This document shows, piece after piece, positions 1 to 14,694 of a DNA stretch of 36,164 nt. The stretch lies in contig ADNK01002957.1 in NCBI GenBank assembly GCA_000320545.1, forward strand, positions 1-36,164, read 5' to 3'. A model generated the notes under the pieces. The model was given only the letters and a program-made list of their open reading frames with translations, ran no database searches and was not told the DNA's origin. The position numbers and the translations under genes are program-made. Numbering within the stretch: the stretch's first letter is position 1; each line of letters opens with the position of its first letter. Source of the DNA: Bigelowiella natans CCMP2755. Lineage: Eukaryota; Protista; Cercozoa.

Positions 1-3322
<3,322 letters not shown>

Positions 3323-3656
3323 CTAGTGCAGGTGATGAAGTGGTAATATTGGCAGAGCAAATAAAGCAGTTTCATGCGATTCACAATAAATCGCAATATC
3401 ATCATATATTATGATGTGCTAACCACGCCGAGGATACGATAAACTCGATGCATGTGAGCTATGGCTGTGAGCCTGAACATTTTTAGCATTATAAGGCCTT
3501 TAGTACATGTGCCATTTTTAGCTAATCACGTATCTATGCACGTACATACTGCAGTATAGCGTTAGCAATTGATTGTTATTCGTCTTCGCTCATTGCTATA
3601 GACCCTGTATGCATGCAATAGATGTGTGCTAAGCTAGCAATATGTCTCCATAGAAT

Positions 3657-3684
3657 TAACGACGGGGTGTAACGACGGGGTGTA
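3657..3684. repeat. 13-bp perfect tandem duplication TAACGACGGGGTG x2
   Basis: Units at 3657-3669 and 3670-3682, in a convergent intergenic region. Confidence 0.9.
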
Positions 3685-3998
3685 TTGACTACGCATGCGC
3701 AATGCAAAGAAATGGCTGTGCATATAATATCAATGTGTTATATACGTAAGTGATGTTGGGCAATTCATGAACAGCATCCCTCAATGCTGACGCGATGGTA
3801 TCCTGTAATAAAGAGCTGCAATTCTGTTCGCATTGGACGGTATATAGGAAATGACCGCTGGCACCAAATTGAGACAAAATAATAGAACTTAACGCCGCCA
3901 ACGCTGTCATCAACATATCCTAACTCTTTGCTGCACTCCATCCAGTAAGCGTTAATTGAAACACATCTCGTCTGGAACGGGAAAGATGCATGCTACTC

Positions 3999-5438
3999 TC
4001 AGTCGTCATCGTCGTCGTCATCCATTGGCGGATTATTGACTAGATTTTCGAGCTGCGCGGCCGGATTCTTCCCTACTTTCTGCTCGAGATTCGTGAGTAT
4101 CTTCTTCACTTGGCTCTCCCATAGCCTGGGAACCCCCACATCATAGACCTCTAGCAGCACCCTGTTCTGCGCTTCGAGCTTCCGCCGCTTTATCATTTCG
4201 TCCTCAAAGGCCTTCTTCATCGACGATAGTCCCTTCTCAAACACCTCACGCATCTCCTCCGCCTCCTCGAGTTTTGCTTTCATCTCCTTCAGGGCGGTCT
4301 CTGTCTTCATTCCAGCCTGTAGCGCCTCCGTATAGTCTTTCCTCAGCTGCTCCAGCTCGCCCTGGTTCTTCTCTTGGGAGGAAGAACTCTTCGCCTTCTC
4401 CTTTCGCAGCCGCGCGATTTCGCCCTGCGCAGCCGTCAACTGCCCCTCCATCTCTGCCAGAACGTTCGCTGAAGTGTCTAAGGCGCCCGACGCCTTCAAA
4501 GCTTGAAACTCGCCGAGGAAGCTCTTGAAGCTGTGCCGGGCTGATAGCAAAGTCCCTGTCACACCTTCCTTCTGATTGGCCGAGGCGAACACCTCGCTCC
4601 CCGCGCGGAGAGCCTTCTTGAGCACGCCGAGGCTCGATTTAAGCGCATTGGCTGCGGGTCCGCCTGGTTCTACCTCCTGCGCTTGGAGGCCTTTCTTGAA
4701 GCCTCCCAAAACATCGCTCAGGATCTTCTGCACGATGCTCATCTGGATAGCGGGAAGCTCCTTCATGTTGGCCTTTACGTCACTCATCGCACTCATAAGC
4801 GGCGCAAGATCAACCTTGACAGCTGGTGCTGTTCTCCGAGGGAGCTCAAGAGTAGAGGCTGCTGTATCAGCCGCCTCCTGAGAAATCATTGCGGTAGTAG
4901 CAGCAGCTCCTCCCTCCTGCTGTTTCTTGGCGTCTGATGAACTCGTTGTAGTTACAGCCTGTTTGCCCTTCTTCTTTGCCTCGCTTGGCGGTTTCTTCTT
5001 TGTTGCTTTTAACGGACGAAGAAGCACGGCGACAAAGCAGTTCTTCTTCTCGCTATCATTACACGTCGTCGTTGTTACCCCGGCGAGGTTGCCAGCTAGA
5101 ACGCCTGGGTGGGTGCGCTGCGAGGTGGGGGGGGAGGGAGCGAGTGCCTGAAGATCCTTCACCAATGGCGAGCTGAAGTTTGTAATGATCAGTTTCTGCT
5201 CATTTAACTTCGTTCCCTTCAATAAGCCACCAAGACTGCTGCCATCATTGTCTTTGACCTTGATCCCCTCCAGACGCTGCATCATGGTCTCCTGCTCATT
5301 GAATTGGAGCTGAGCGGCCTGATCTAGAGTCTGCCAGTTTATCCGCCACGCCTGATAGCTTACCGTAGCGTAGTGTCGAGTCTTTAGCTTCTTGCCCAGC
5401 GCGTCGCTCTTCAAGAAATCTACTCCAGCGGCAATATG

Positions 5439-5473
<35 letters not shown>

Positions 5474-6443
5474 GCTGCTGCTGCTGGCTGACAATAGCCC
5501 GCACCAGCGTGCAAACGAATACCCATCGTAGAGCCTCGCCACGTGAGTTGCAATATGCAACTCCGACCTTCTGGCCGCGATCCACGATGTCAAATGCAGC
5601 ACCAGGCGATGGTGTGACGTTGAAGCGGAAATTCACGTCAGTGGGGGAAGCTGCCCCCCTACCCCCTGTACTCGAGGTCCAAAGGACTTTGCGAGTGGCT
5701 GCTACTTGTGCGTAGAGGTAGACGGTGAAGAGCTGCGAGTCTGCAGACCATAGCAGCGCTAGGCCTGCAGGGAAACGCTTTCCCTGTGGGAAGAAAGAGG
5801 TGGAGAAAGGAAATGACTCAGAAGAAAAAGGACGACGAGGCAAAATTAGTAACGGAGGGCCCGTGCCAGCAACCATGCATTTCACAATCGATCGATTGAT
5901 TTTTTTATGGTGCATTATTTGTTCTTCTTACATTGTTAGTCGTGAAGATGACTGTGCTGGCAGCAAGCGTTCGGTTCCGTTTCGAGGATGCTTGAGCTCC
6001 TCCTGCCGACCCGTCTTCTATCGTCTGACAAACGAGAGTCCATTTTACAAAAGTGATACTTGTTATATGTAGTAGATGATAATACTATGGGTGAGGAGGA
6101 AGCTCATAAAGGGCAAAATTCGTTCACATTCCTCATCCTAATATTTCTAGATTCGGTTTATTCTCTGCACGCATGGCACAATTGCTTTTGGACCTTTTCC
6201 TCTCCAGCTGTGCCAATGGCAGAGGACGGTTGCAAAGCACTTGCTACCGAGTTTGAAGTGGTCTGCTCCGGCCTACACCAGGGCCCCGAACAATAAGCTC
6301 TCACAATCATTTTACATGAAGCGGGGAGGAATAATACTCACATACATACGCATCCGAATCGAACACAACCTGGAAGCTGGTGGTAGTGTAGGAAGTCCGG
6401 TCTCCTCTCCATCCCCGTCGGAGCTCCAATCATCGTCAGACAT
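3999..6443 (-). CDS. FKBP15/WAFL-like protein (WH1/PH-like domain + degenerate FKBP domain + C-terminal coiled coil), ~676 aa
   Basis: Exons 6443-6370, 6272-6194, 6024-5932 and 5783-3999 have GT-AG boundaries and consistent phases (2031 nt); the 638-aa track ORF reads into intron 3. Segments TLAASTVIFTTNNGKRFPAGLALL..LFTVYLY, FRFNVTP..VAYCNSRGEALRW, DFLKSDALGKKLKTRHYATVSYQAW and GGLLKGTKLNEQKLII follow the order and pattern I recall for FKBP15, then a long heptad-rich coil. Gene model strong, family call by eye. Confidence 0.6.
5440..5472. repeat. (GAT)n coding microsatellite giving poly-Ser in the FKBP15-like protein
   Basis: Lies inside the long open exon, between the putative WH1-like and FKBP-like parts. 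Confidence 0.9.
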
Positions 6444-6925
6444 CTAGATTCATTCACATCGCATAGTCGAAGAAGAGGCCAAACCTCACGTCAGAAAGGG
6501 TCATCATCTTTCTCGAATCATCTCAGTCTGATGAGCGGATCCAAAAAGCATATCGCAGGCCTCGAGAGACAACTCGAGACAAATTTCTATACTCAGATCC
6601 TTCGGACCATGGTCATTCGCCCTACCTCGCCGTCTGAGGAACCAGCCAGCTCGGAATCAGATCGCAGATATGCGAGAGGAGGCTCGAGGAGGGGATAACA
6701 ATTCTTTGGAATGTCCAAACCGCAGATAGCCTCCGATGTTTCCTCGATCGTGTTGGAGCATGCTTTTGCAACATATACAACACTAAATTCGAAGTAACTC
6801 ATTTTTAGGCAGCAATCTATTGGACATTTCAAGGCTAAGACAAGTAAAACAAAATCTTATGTGAAAACGGCCTGCGTTTCCTCGATTTCACGAGTGAGAT
6901 TCGCCAAATTCAACAACCGACCGCG

Positions 6926-9045
6926 ATGGATCGGCCCTACGACGGTGTGAGCATGTTCCGACGTGCAAGATACTAATCCCCCCCACCCCACGAGTGAGAG
7001 TGTAGCTGTGCGGTTCACGTGTAGCCGTTGAGATTTACTTTTCAAGATATAATGAAGAGATCCGCTTTGTTTCGTAAAATCATAAAAAAACAAGAACTCG
7101 ATATTGAGAAATAATAGCATTGTGCACATCTAACGCCCTTCTACACAGTGGTGATATGGGGTGCAACCGGTTTCACGGGGAAGATCGTCGCAGCGTACTT
7201 TCAGGACCTAAAAGAGAGAAAAGCTCTTGGAGGCATCCGCTTTGCGCTTGGTGAGGCTACTCGCAAATCATGTTGATATAAGTCAAGGGACATGCGTTGT
7301 GCGTGCACACGCGCCATCTCGCGAAGCTCGCAACCACTGATATATTTGTGTGTGTGGGGATGATTCACTCCTGGCAGCGGGACGGAATGCAGAAAAGCTA
7401 AAGACGGTGCTCAAGCAGATAAAGTCGGAGGCCCCTATCGTGATCGCCTCCCTCACAAATGAAGACAGCTTGGCGGCGATGTGCGCGTCTACGAGGGTGG
7501 TTATGATGCCTCTCACGTCCAATTTTTCCTGCATGCATCCTTAATTTCGACCTCTTAGCAATCTTTGTATTCAACCGTTAACAGGTACTCCTGAGTACAG
7601 TCGGGCCCTTCATGAAGTATGGTGGGTGTATTGAAAGCATAATCACATTTTATGCTACTCTGCCTACTGCTAATTAGAGGCTGAGAGTTGTTCCTCTTGG
7701 CCCTTTTCCTCCTCCTGTTTCTTTCCCTCCTCCTGCTTCTTTCCCTCCTCCTTTTCAATTCTGTTGTCTGTTCTGTTATGATCGACACGTAGGCACGCCT
7801 GTTGTGGCGGCGTGTGTCCAGCAGGGGACTGACTACGTGGATACCACCGGAGAGACGCCTTGGGTAATGATGATTCTGATGATGGTGTAGGATGGGGGGT
7901 GATGATGAGAACGATTTGATGATAATGGCGATGAAGATGATGAAGAGGAGCAGCGAATGGTTCGTCGTGAATGTTAGCCGTTGACATCACCAATCATGAT
8001 GATGGTTGATTAGGTTCGTGAGCTGATCGATCGATTCCATGCATCAGCGAGGGGGAGGAAGACCTTCATTGTCCCCATGTGCGGCTTTGATTCTATTCCA
8101 AGCGACCTGGGCGCGTATATCACTGCTGCGGAGATCAAGAAGCGGTTGGAATCACGCCGACGCCCCTCCCCTTTTCTTTATCTTCCCCTTCTTATTCCTC
8201 TTCACCAGCGTTATGGCATATTCCGTGTTGTATCGAATGCCATCGTCAGCGCTTTTCCTTCTTTTTGCTTTGTGGTAGATACGGATGCGCAACGAGAAAG
8301 ATTGAAAACTTCGTCACGATGACTGGTAGTGCTAGTGGAGGGACCTTGGCCACAGGAATGTATGTAGCAGCTACAGCAGCAGCCATTGGCAGAACAATAA
8401 TCATATAAATTTACTTGTTGTCATCACAAGAAGGATATGCTACCATCCCTGCCTCATTGGAGAGAAGTGAAGTAAAGGGGGCAAGATACTTCTAGCTGAT
8501 ACATTATTAAAGCTTCCCTCTTCCTTCATATTTGCTATTCATATTCTAAAGCATGATGGAGAGACAAGCACCCCATCGGTTGCACGACGTCTTCGTTCTT
8601 GGCGGGCAGCGCAAGTGTGGCGTGAGGGAGGAGGACAAGGACTTTAACAGGGTTGAGTTCCATGAAGGTGTGGGAATGTGGGCAACGACTTTCGGGATGG
8701 CCAAGCTAAATACTCGCGTTGTGCGAAGGTGCGGAACAGCAGCTTTAGCGATGATAATAATTAATGATGATGATGATGATGATGGTCCCATACCATCCTC
8801 TCACCTCTCAATGCTCTCCTCGTTCCCTTTCCCTTCAGATCTAATAGCCTATTCGAGGCTGAGGGCCTTGGTTATGGAGATAATTTTAACTACCAAGGTA
8901 CTAGTACTACTACTACTACTTCTACTACTATTACAGTACAACTACATCTTGTGAGTTTATGTACTATTGGATTCCACGTCCTCCTCTCTATACTGAGGAC
9001 TTATTGATTCACTTGCTGCATATATAACGCACACACGGAGCATGC

Positions 9046-9087
<42 letters not shown>

Positions 9088-10462
9088 CCACCGCAATGAG
9101 AGGAAGACAAGGGCCACCGCATGTGCGAGTTGGGGGACTATTCCATATGTAGTAATTTTCTTGCTGCTACTACTCATCCCATGACCCCCGTACATATTGC
9201 TTCTCTCCTCCTCCTCCTCCTCCTCCTCCTCCTCCTCCTCCTCCTCCTCCTCTGCCTCAGAGAAAGCTCTTGTTCCGACGGAGAAGATTGCAAAGAAGGT
9301 GGAATAGAGAGCTAGTAGTAGTAGCAGTAGTAGGGTGGGTGTGGTACTAGTAGTACCAGCGTGATTTATCTGTGATTTGACAAATACGAATGGTTTCTAC
9401 TTCGGGGGGGAATGGATGGAGTGACATTCTTGTAGAGGAAAAACTGTGAAAACGGTCGCATCATATCGCCACTACCGTCGTCTTTTCATCCTTCTCAGCC
9501 TTTCTCTTCCATTCCTCCATGATGATGGCTGATCTTTTCGGTGTACGAAAAGGTATGGCGAGCTGCCAATGCTCCTCCTGACGTCATCGAGAGAATGATT
9601 AAACAAGGGCGCTTACCGACGCCAGGAAAGGTCTCCGCCGTACTAACTATGTCTGAAAAATAGCGATAAGAAGAAAAATAATCCCTAATGGTGGTGACAA
9701 CAACGGTAGTGGTGATGATGATGATGAGGAGGAGGAGGATAAAGACGATGATGGCAGCCCTCCGTTTCCCCTCCCCTTCTGTGCACCGCTATTTTGCGAA
9801 ATATATGTACTGAAGGGCCCTTCTAAGGCGGAGAGGAAGAAGAACTGGTTCATATTCACGATGGATGGGACAAGTGAGGATGGCCGACACGTCCGCACAG
9901 AGGTTCTCTCAGCGAAAATAATATCGCGATGGCCATACTTGCTAAAGGGGGGGAGGGGGGGGGGGGTGGGTCGCCCTGCCTGTACTGACCGACCAAGTAG
10001 CTTATTTTGGAAAATCATTGAGTCAATTCTCTCTCCTCCCTTTGCCACTGCCGCTGCTTCTACAACAGATCAAGGGAGGGGATGCAGGGTATGAGGAAAC
10101 GGCGAAGATGGTAGTAGTAGTAGTTGGAGGAGGAGGAGGAGGAGGAGGAGGAGTTGTAGTGGTAGTGTTGAAGAAGTTGATTGCGGGCAGTACGCATTAG
10201 TAAGTAATGGATAGAGTTATTATCTTTTGGCTATATTTTTGCGATGACGGAAGAACCATGTCATCTCATTCCCCGACAATTAAAGGTGGCTGAATCGGCG
10301 ATTCTCCTCGCATCGAAGAAGGGGGAGCTGCTGAAACGCAAGGGCGCACACGGGGGAGTTGTAACCCCGGCTTTTGCCTTTGGACGACAGCTGGTAGACC
10401 GCTTGGTTGCTGCTGGAATCCACTTTCATGCATCTCCTACTGCTGTGGTGTCTAAACTTTGA
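6926..10462 (+). CDS. SCCPDH: Saccharopine dehydrogenase-like oxidoreductase (SCCPDH / trans-acting enoyl reductase family), 14 exons, C-terminal SKL
   Basis: Spliced protein has MDRPYDVVIWGATGFTG (Rossmann), AGRNAEKL, STVGPFMKYGTPVVAACVQQGTDYVDTTGE, VPMCGFDSIPSDLG, SGGTLAT, MAKLNTRVVRRS, GDAGYEETAKMVAESA and GGVVTPA, all hallmark family motifs. Ends AVVSKL* at 10462. Confidence 0.93.
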
Positions 10463-11251
10463 TCAACGGGCTGTATTATCACGCATGCTCATGTGCATAA
10501 TATCATGCATTTTTAGATGACATGATGAGGCCGCGCGTGCATTATTGCGAGCAGGGCAGCTGCTGCATCATAAATGAACATGCGCTCAGGAGGAGGACCA
10601 CAACAGACAATGCGGTGGCCGCCAGCTCTTGCAAAAAAACGTTTCTGCGAAGCAAAGCGGACAAATTATAATAATAAAAAAGCCAATGGTGGCGGCTTTG
10701 GCTCCAGATAGCGTGCATATGCATGTGCATATGCCCACGCGGGATTATGCCAGGTGACCTTGCTAAAAATGAGCCGTCTCCTTTTATTGGAGGGTGCGAA
10801 TTTTCAGACAATAATGCACCTGAATGGACCACTTATACCAGTCGCGTTGTTTGTTAATTATATGTGCGCACGCCATACATGTTCAGCAATTTACTTTCAC
10901 TATGTACATGTCCCTATGTGGGCTACATAGCTTTCTTCATAAATTTTTAAACGAAGCTAGTAACAACGTCTCATGCATTATTGTAAGACAGCAGTAGCTA
11001 CTTTTACGCGGCCTGCAAGCCCCTGACTGCACGCATGCATGTTGTGCCTGTAACCTCTTACGTTCATCACGCACCATTGTTTAGCAGCAACAGCTTCCGA
11101 AAGACGATAGGAGTACTATGTAGCATAAAAACCGCCACCCATCGAAAGGCATAGGATGGCGGTGCGAAGTGAGCACCATGTTTGCATCTGCTATACAGCT
11201 TCTGATTGAATGTGTCCTATGGCTAGTGCTGCTACGAAACAGTACGGGATC

Positions 11252-13082
11252 CTATGTTCCCACACGAGGGAGAGTGACAGACCTTTTAGAAATGGTGTAT
11301 CTGTTCAACATCATCCTAAGTCTCGCTAGCCTACTGTTGCTCCCGCTGTTAGAATGACTCATTCTGGTGCTGTTTGTGCTGCATTGCGACTCTAAGTGAC
11401 GATCATCCTTACTGGGCTTGAGCGAACTAGCTGCTCCCGCACCATCGCTGGGTTTCTCTTTGTTGTCTATCTTGCTTGAAAGTGAGCATGCTATGTTGGA
11501 GAAGCAGGTGATCGTAGACACTGCGTCGGACTCGTAGCCGCCTCCATCCCACCAATATATCAGCGAAAGTAAGAACAACGAGGACTGCTTTTGTTTCTCG
11601 TCCAATCTAGCCGCAGAGGTTCCAATAACACGACTGTCGCAGTCAAAACCCGTGGAATGTGATGATAACAGGGAAAATGGCGAGGGTAACGGAGGGAGAA
11701 GTTTGGTGCGTGAACGAAGAGTATCGCTCCCCATTTTTACCGATTTTGCCTTTGTCCTCTCCCGTTCTTTCTCATCAATACATTGCTTGCTTGGTGTGGT
11801 GTGCCGCTCTTGATTTCCCTTTCCCAGTGTCGGCTCTTGATTACCCTTTCCCAGCGTCGATAAGCAACATAAAGGGACCGAGAAGCGGCAGATAGTAACA
11901 TCACAGGTGGTAGAGATACCAGAAGGAATAGCAGCCTTTTCTTGCTTTCGCTGCATTATGTGTCCTCCCCGTCCTCCTTTGTTTCCTCGTTTCTTCCTCC
12001 TCTCCCTTCTTCTCCGATCTACCTCATCATTCCGTCCAATATCGTCGCTAGAGCTGTCAGGTAGCTTCGATTCTGGGTCGCCCATCCTACTAATTATTGG
12101 TTTTGAAAAAGACAAAAAATGTATTATTAACACTTATTTAGCTTTCTCTCCTTTTTCTTCTTCTTCTTCTTCTTCTTCTTCTTCTTCTTCTTCTTCTTCT
12201 TCTTCTTCTCTTCTTTGTCATCTTTGCCATTGTCATTTTATATCACTTAGTAGACCATAGGTTGGACAGCGGCGCGATCGTGTATTCAATGTATGAGGAC
12301 AAGGCCGATGAGATGCAGATCCCACGACCAAAGAGAGAGAGCGCGAGATTTTTCGTCATCTCATCTTCATTATCATCGTGTTTCACAAGCGGTAAGCGGT
12401 ATCATTCAAACAATGTTTCAGTCTCACGTTAATATCAAACCTGATTGCATTATATTGAATAATCGAGTGGAGGATAAGGGTGTTCATTCCAAGGCAGTTT
12501 CCGCTCTTCTCCCACAAGTCCTCCTCTCCTCCCCCCCCATTATTTGCTGGCCTTCTGCTCGCAATGGATTCGAACACATACACGACCGGGTAGCCGCATA
12601 ATAACCCTGTGCTTGTGGTTCTTGCGATCATTCTGATAATAGGGTACACGACAACGTCGATAAAGGCGACAAATCGGATAAAGAAGCGGAGTCAAACCTT
12701 GCCGCTTGCATCGTTGCCGTCGTATTCATCTGAAAGACAGCTCCCGTAGAGATGACCAGCGGCGACGATGTACCAGTGCTAATATCAGCACTGCTACTAC
12801 TGCCACCCCCATTATTTGTTCTATGCTTGCTGCTGTACTGAGGGCATCGTACCCGCAGGCTGGTGAGCACATTTTTCGTAAAATTGTACAGCCTTTCCCT
12901 TATACTATGTTGAAGCCTCTTCGGAAGCCATCTGAGGGGGGGGGAAACCCGTCATTCTAAAATGCTCCTCCTACCGTTTGATTGATTGACTCCTTACCGT
13001 GGAGAAGAAAGTGTAGAATCGATGCTGATTAGTCCTAGGGTGGAGAACCTGGTGTTTGATTGAGGGGCTTTAGCGCTATCAT

Positions 13083-13115
<33 letters not shown>

Positions 13116-14211
13116 AATTACTATTACTACTATTTACTACCAAAGCTGCTGCTAGTGCTACTATCATTTTGACATCGATAACGGTGACGGCAACAACTAC
13201 ACTTTCACAACGACGACGGCGACGATGACGGTGACTATAACGAGAAGGACTTTTGCTCGAGATGCATAGAGAGGAAACGCGCAAGCCGAGGGCGGTTTGC
13301 AATGAATATCTGCTCCATCCCAAAGCTGTCTTTTCTGCAAAAATCAGTTAATAGCTACTATCAACCCACACAAGTTCCATAGTCGTCGTCGTAGTAGGAG
13401 AAGTAGTACCCCATGGAGAGTACAATCACATTATCAAACGCCATCTTTGAAGGAAGTAGGCAAGAAGACAAGGATGGTTTTTGTCGGCCCCTTGCCAAGC
13501 GTTTGGCCATCCTGTTTGGGTCCCAAATGAAAAGAGAATTAGGTGAATGGGCGACGGTTCATTTCCAACATGATCCAATGTGTTATCGTTCAGTGACAAC
13601 TAACAAGGCTGCAGCTGCCAATCAATGGAAAATAGGAGAATGCCCGCTTGATGGATGATATGCATATTCATGCTCAGTGTCTGATGTCATGCGTCATTGT
13701 CCATTGATCTGCAATGACAGTCGTACAGCACATAATTTGATAACGTTCTCATGCTTCTTCCCACCTCGCGATGACGGTACCGATGATAGCACTGCTAACA
13801 TCACCATGGTCGAACAAGAAAGACGGCCTATTCGTAAAACCAACAACCAAACCACAAAAGCAATGGAAACGCCGCACTCTTCGTGCCTCTAGTTATTTAG
13901 CGTTCTTTCGGCTCGGAAACAATATTTATCGCAGGGAAGATTTATATTCGAAAAGTAGATGGAAAACCGTGGCCCATGCTCTGAAACAGCGAGGAGGTCC
14001 TTCGCGAGAGCATCAATCCTAGTCACGACCCCCGACGAACGGCTGAGGCAGCGCCGAATCTGCGGTAAGCCACCATTGAATTATACGAAGCGTGCACTGA
14101 ACAATTTACAAATTGAAAATATGTTTGTGTCGAACAGACGCTGGCAAGAAGTGCGGCGCGCACATCAGAGAGGGAGGGGACAGCGGATGCGTCGAGACGC
14201 TCTCCATGCAT
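11252..14211 (-). CDS. C1orf74-like (UPF0739/DUF4504) protein, multi-exon, with long low-complexity insertions
   Basis: Spliced motifs ALAKDLLAVSEHGPRPSFLFDHG, EQIFIANRPRLARFLSMHLEQ, GLLCGYPVVY..GNCLGM, ICRFSVP and terminal ISKRSVTLPRVGT* parallel my recollection of C1orf74 (EVLAVARGLKPAVLYD, HLEQ, GILLGYPVPY..NCL, YSFSVP, VTLPAVAL*). Start ATG 14211 inferred; some internal boundaries unresolved. Confidence 0.75.
11806..11859. repeat. 27-bp imperfect tandem duplication encoding TLGKGNQE twice
   Basis: gctcttgatttccctttcccagtgtcg and gctcttgattaccctttcccagcgtcg. Confidence 0.9.
12155..12209. repeat. (TTC)n microsatellite, intronic
   Basis: Directly visible. Confidence 0.95.
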
Positions 14212-14694
14212 CCGATCGGTCGCAGGCTCCCGACCGGCCCGAGAAAGTCGGCTACAAGCCAAATTCAATCTTGCGACAACGAAAATGGGTAAATTTACTG
14301 TTTATCCACAAAAATACAGAAATACCATATCTCTATGTAAAAACGTAATACACCATGTTAACTTATCTCAGAAAACCCGTCTTTTACATCCGCCGATTGC
14401 GAAGAAAAAGCGGTGGGTAAAATGAGGTAGACGTAGCCTTTTTATTGGAGGAATAGGGGCCATTTCTGAGAGAAAGAAGTCTCGCGAAGGGGTTGCAGCT
14501 TTTTCTCCGCGTTCTAACCTTGAAAACTGGCGTAAGGCGGAAATAATAAAATCGGCCATCATAAGCATGTCGTTATCTTATTTTATAGCTCATTTACTAG
14601 TTTTAAGCACTATTCCTTCAGCACGGGAGAGCATCGAGCCCCCCCTACTCTCCAACTAAACTTCCTTCCAACGCCCTGTCCCCGGTCTGCAGCC

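Noticed and set aside
3657-3684. 13-bp direct repeat as a CRISPR repeat or transposon target-site duplication
   Set aside because: Two adjacent copies with no spacer or intervening element; a simple tandem duplication, although an excision footprint cannot be excluded.
5784-5915. N-terminus of the 638-aa track ORF (MHHKKINRS...FFPQ)
   Set aside because: It lies in intron 3: a pyrimidine tract and CAG acceptor at 5786-5784, with better upstream exons.
4274-6072. Plus-strand ORFs overlapping the FKBP15-like gene
   Set aside because: Antisense shadows of a long coding exon.
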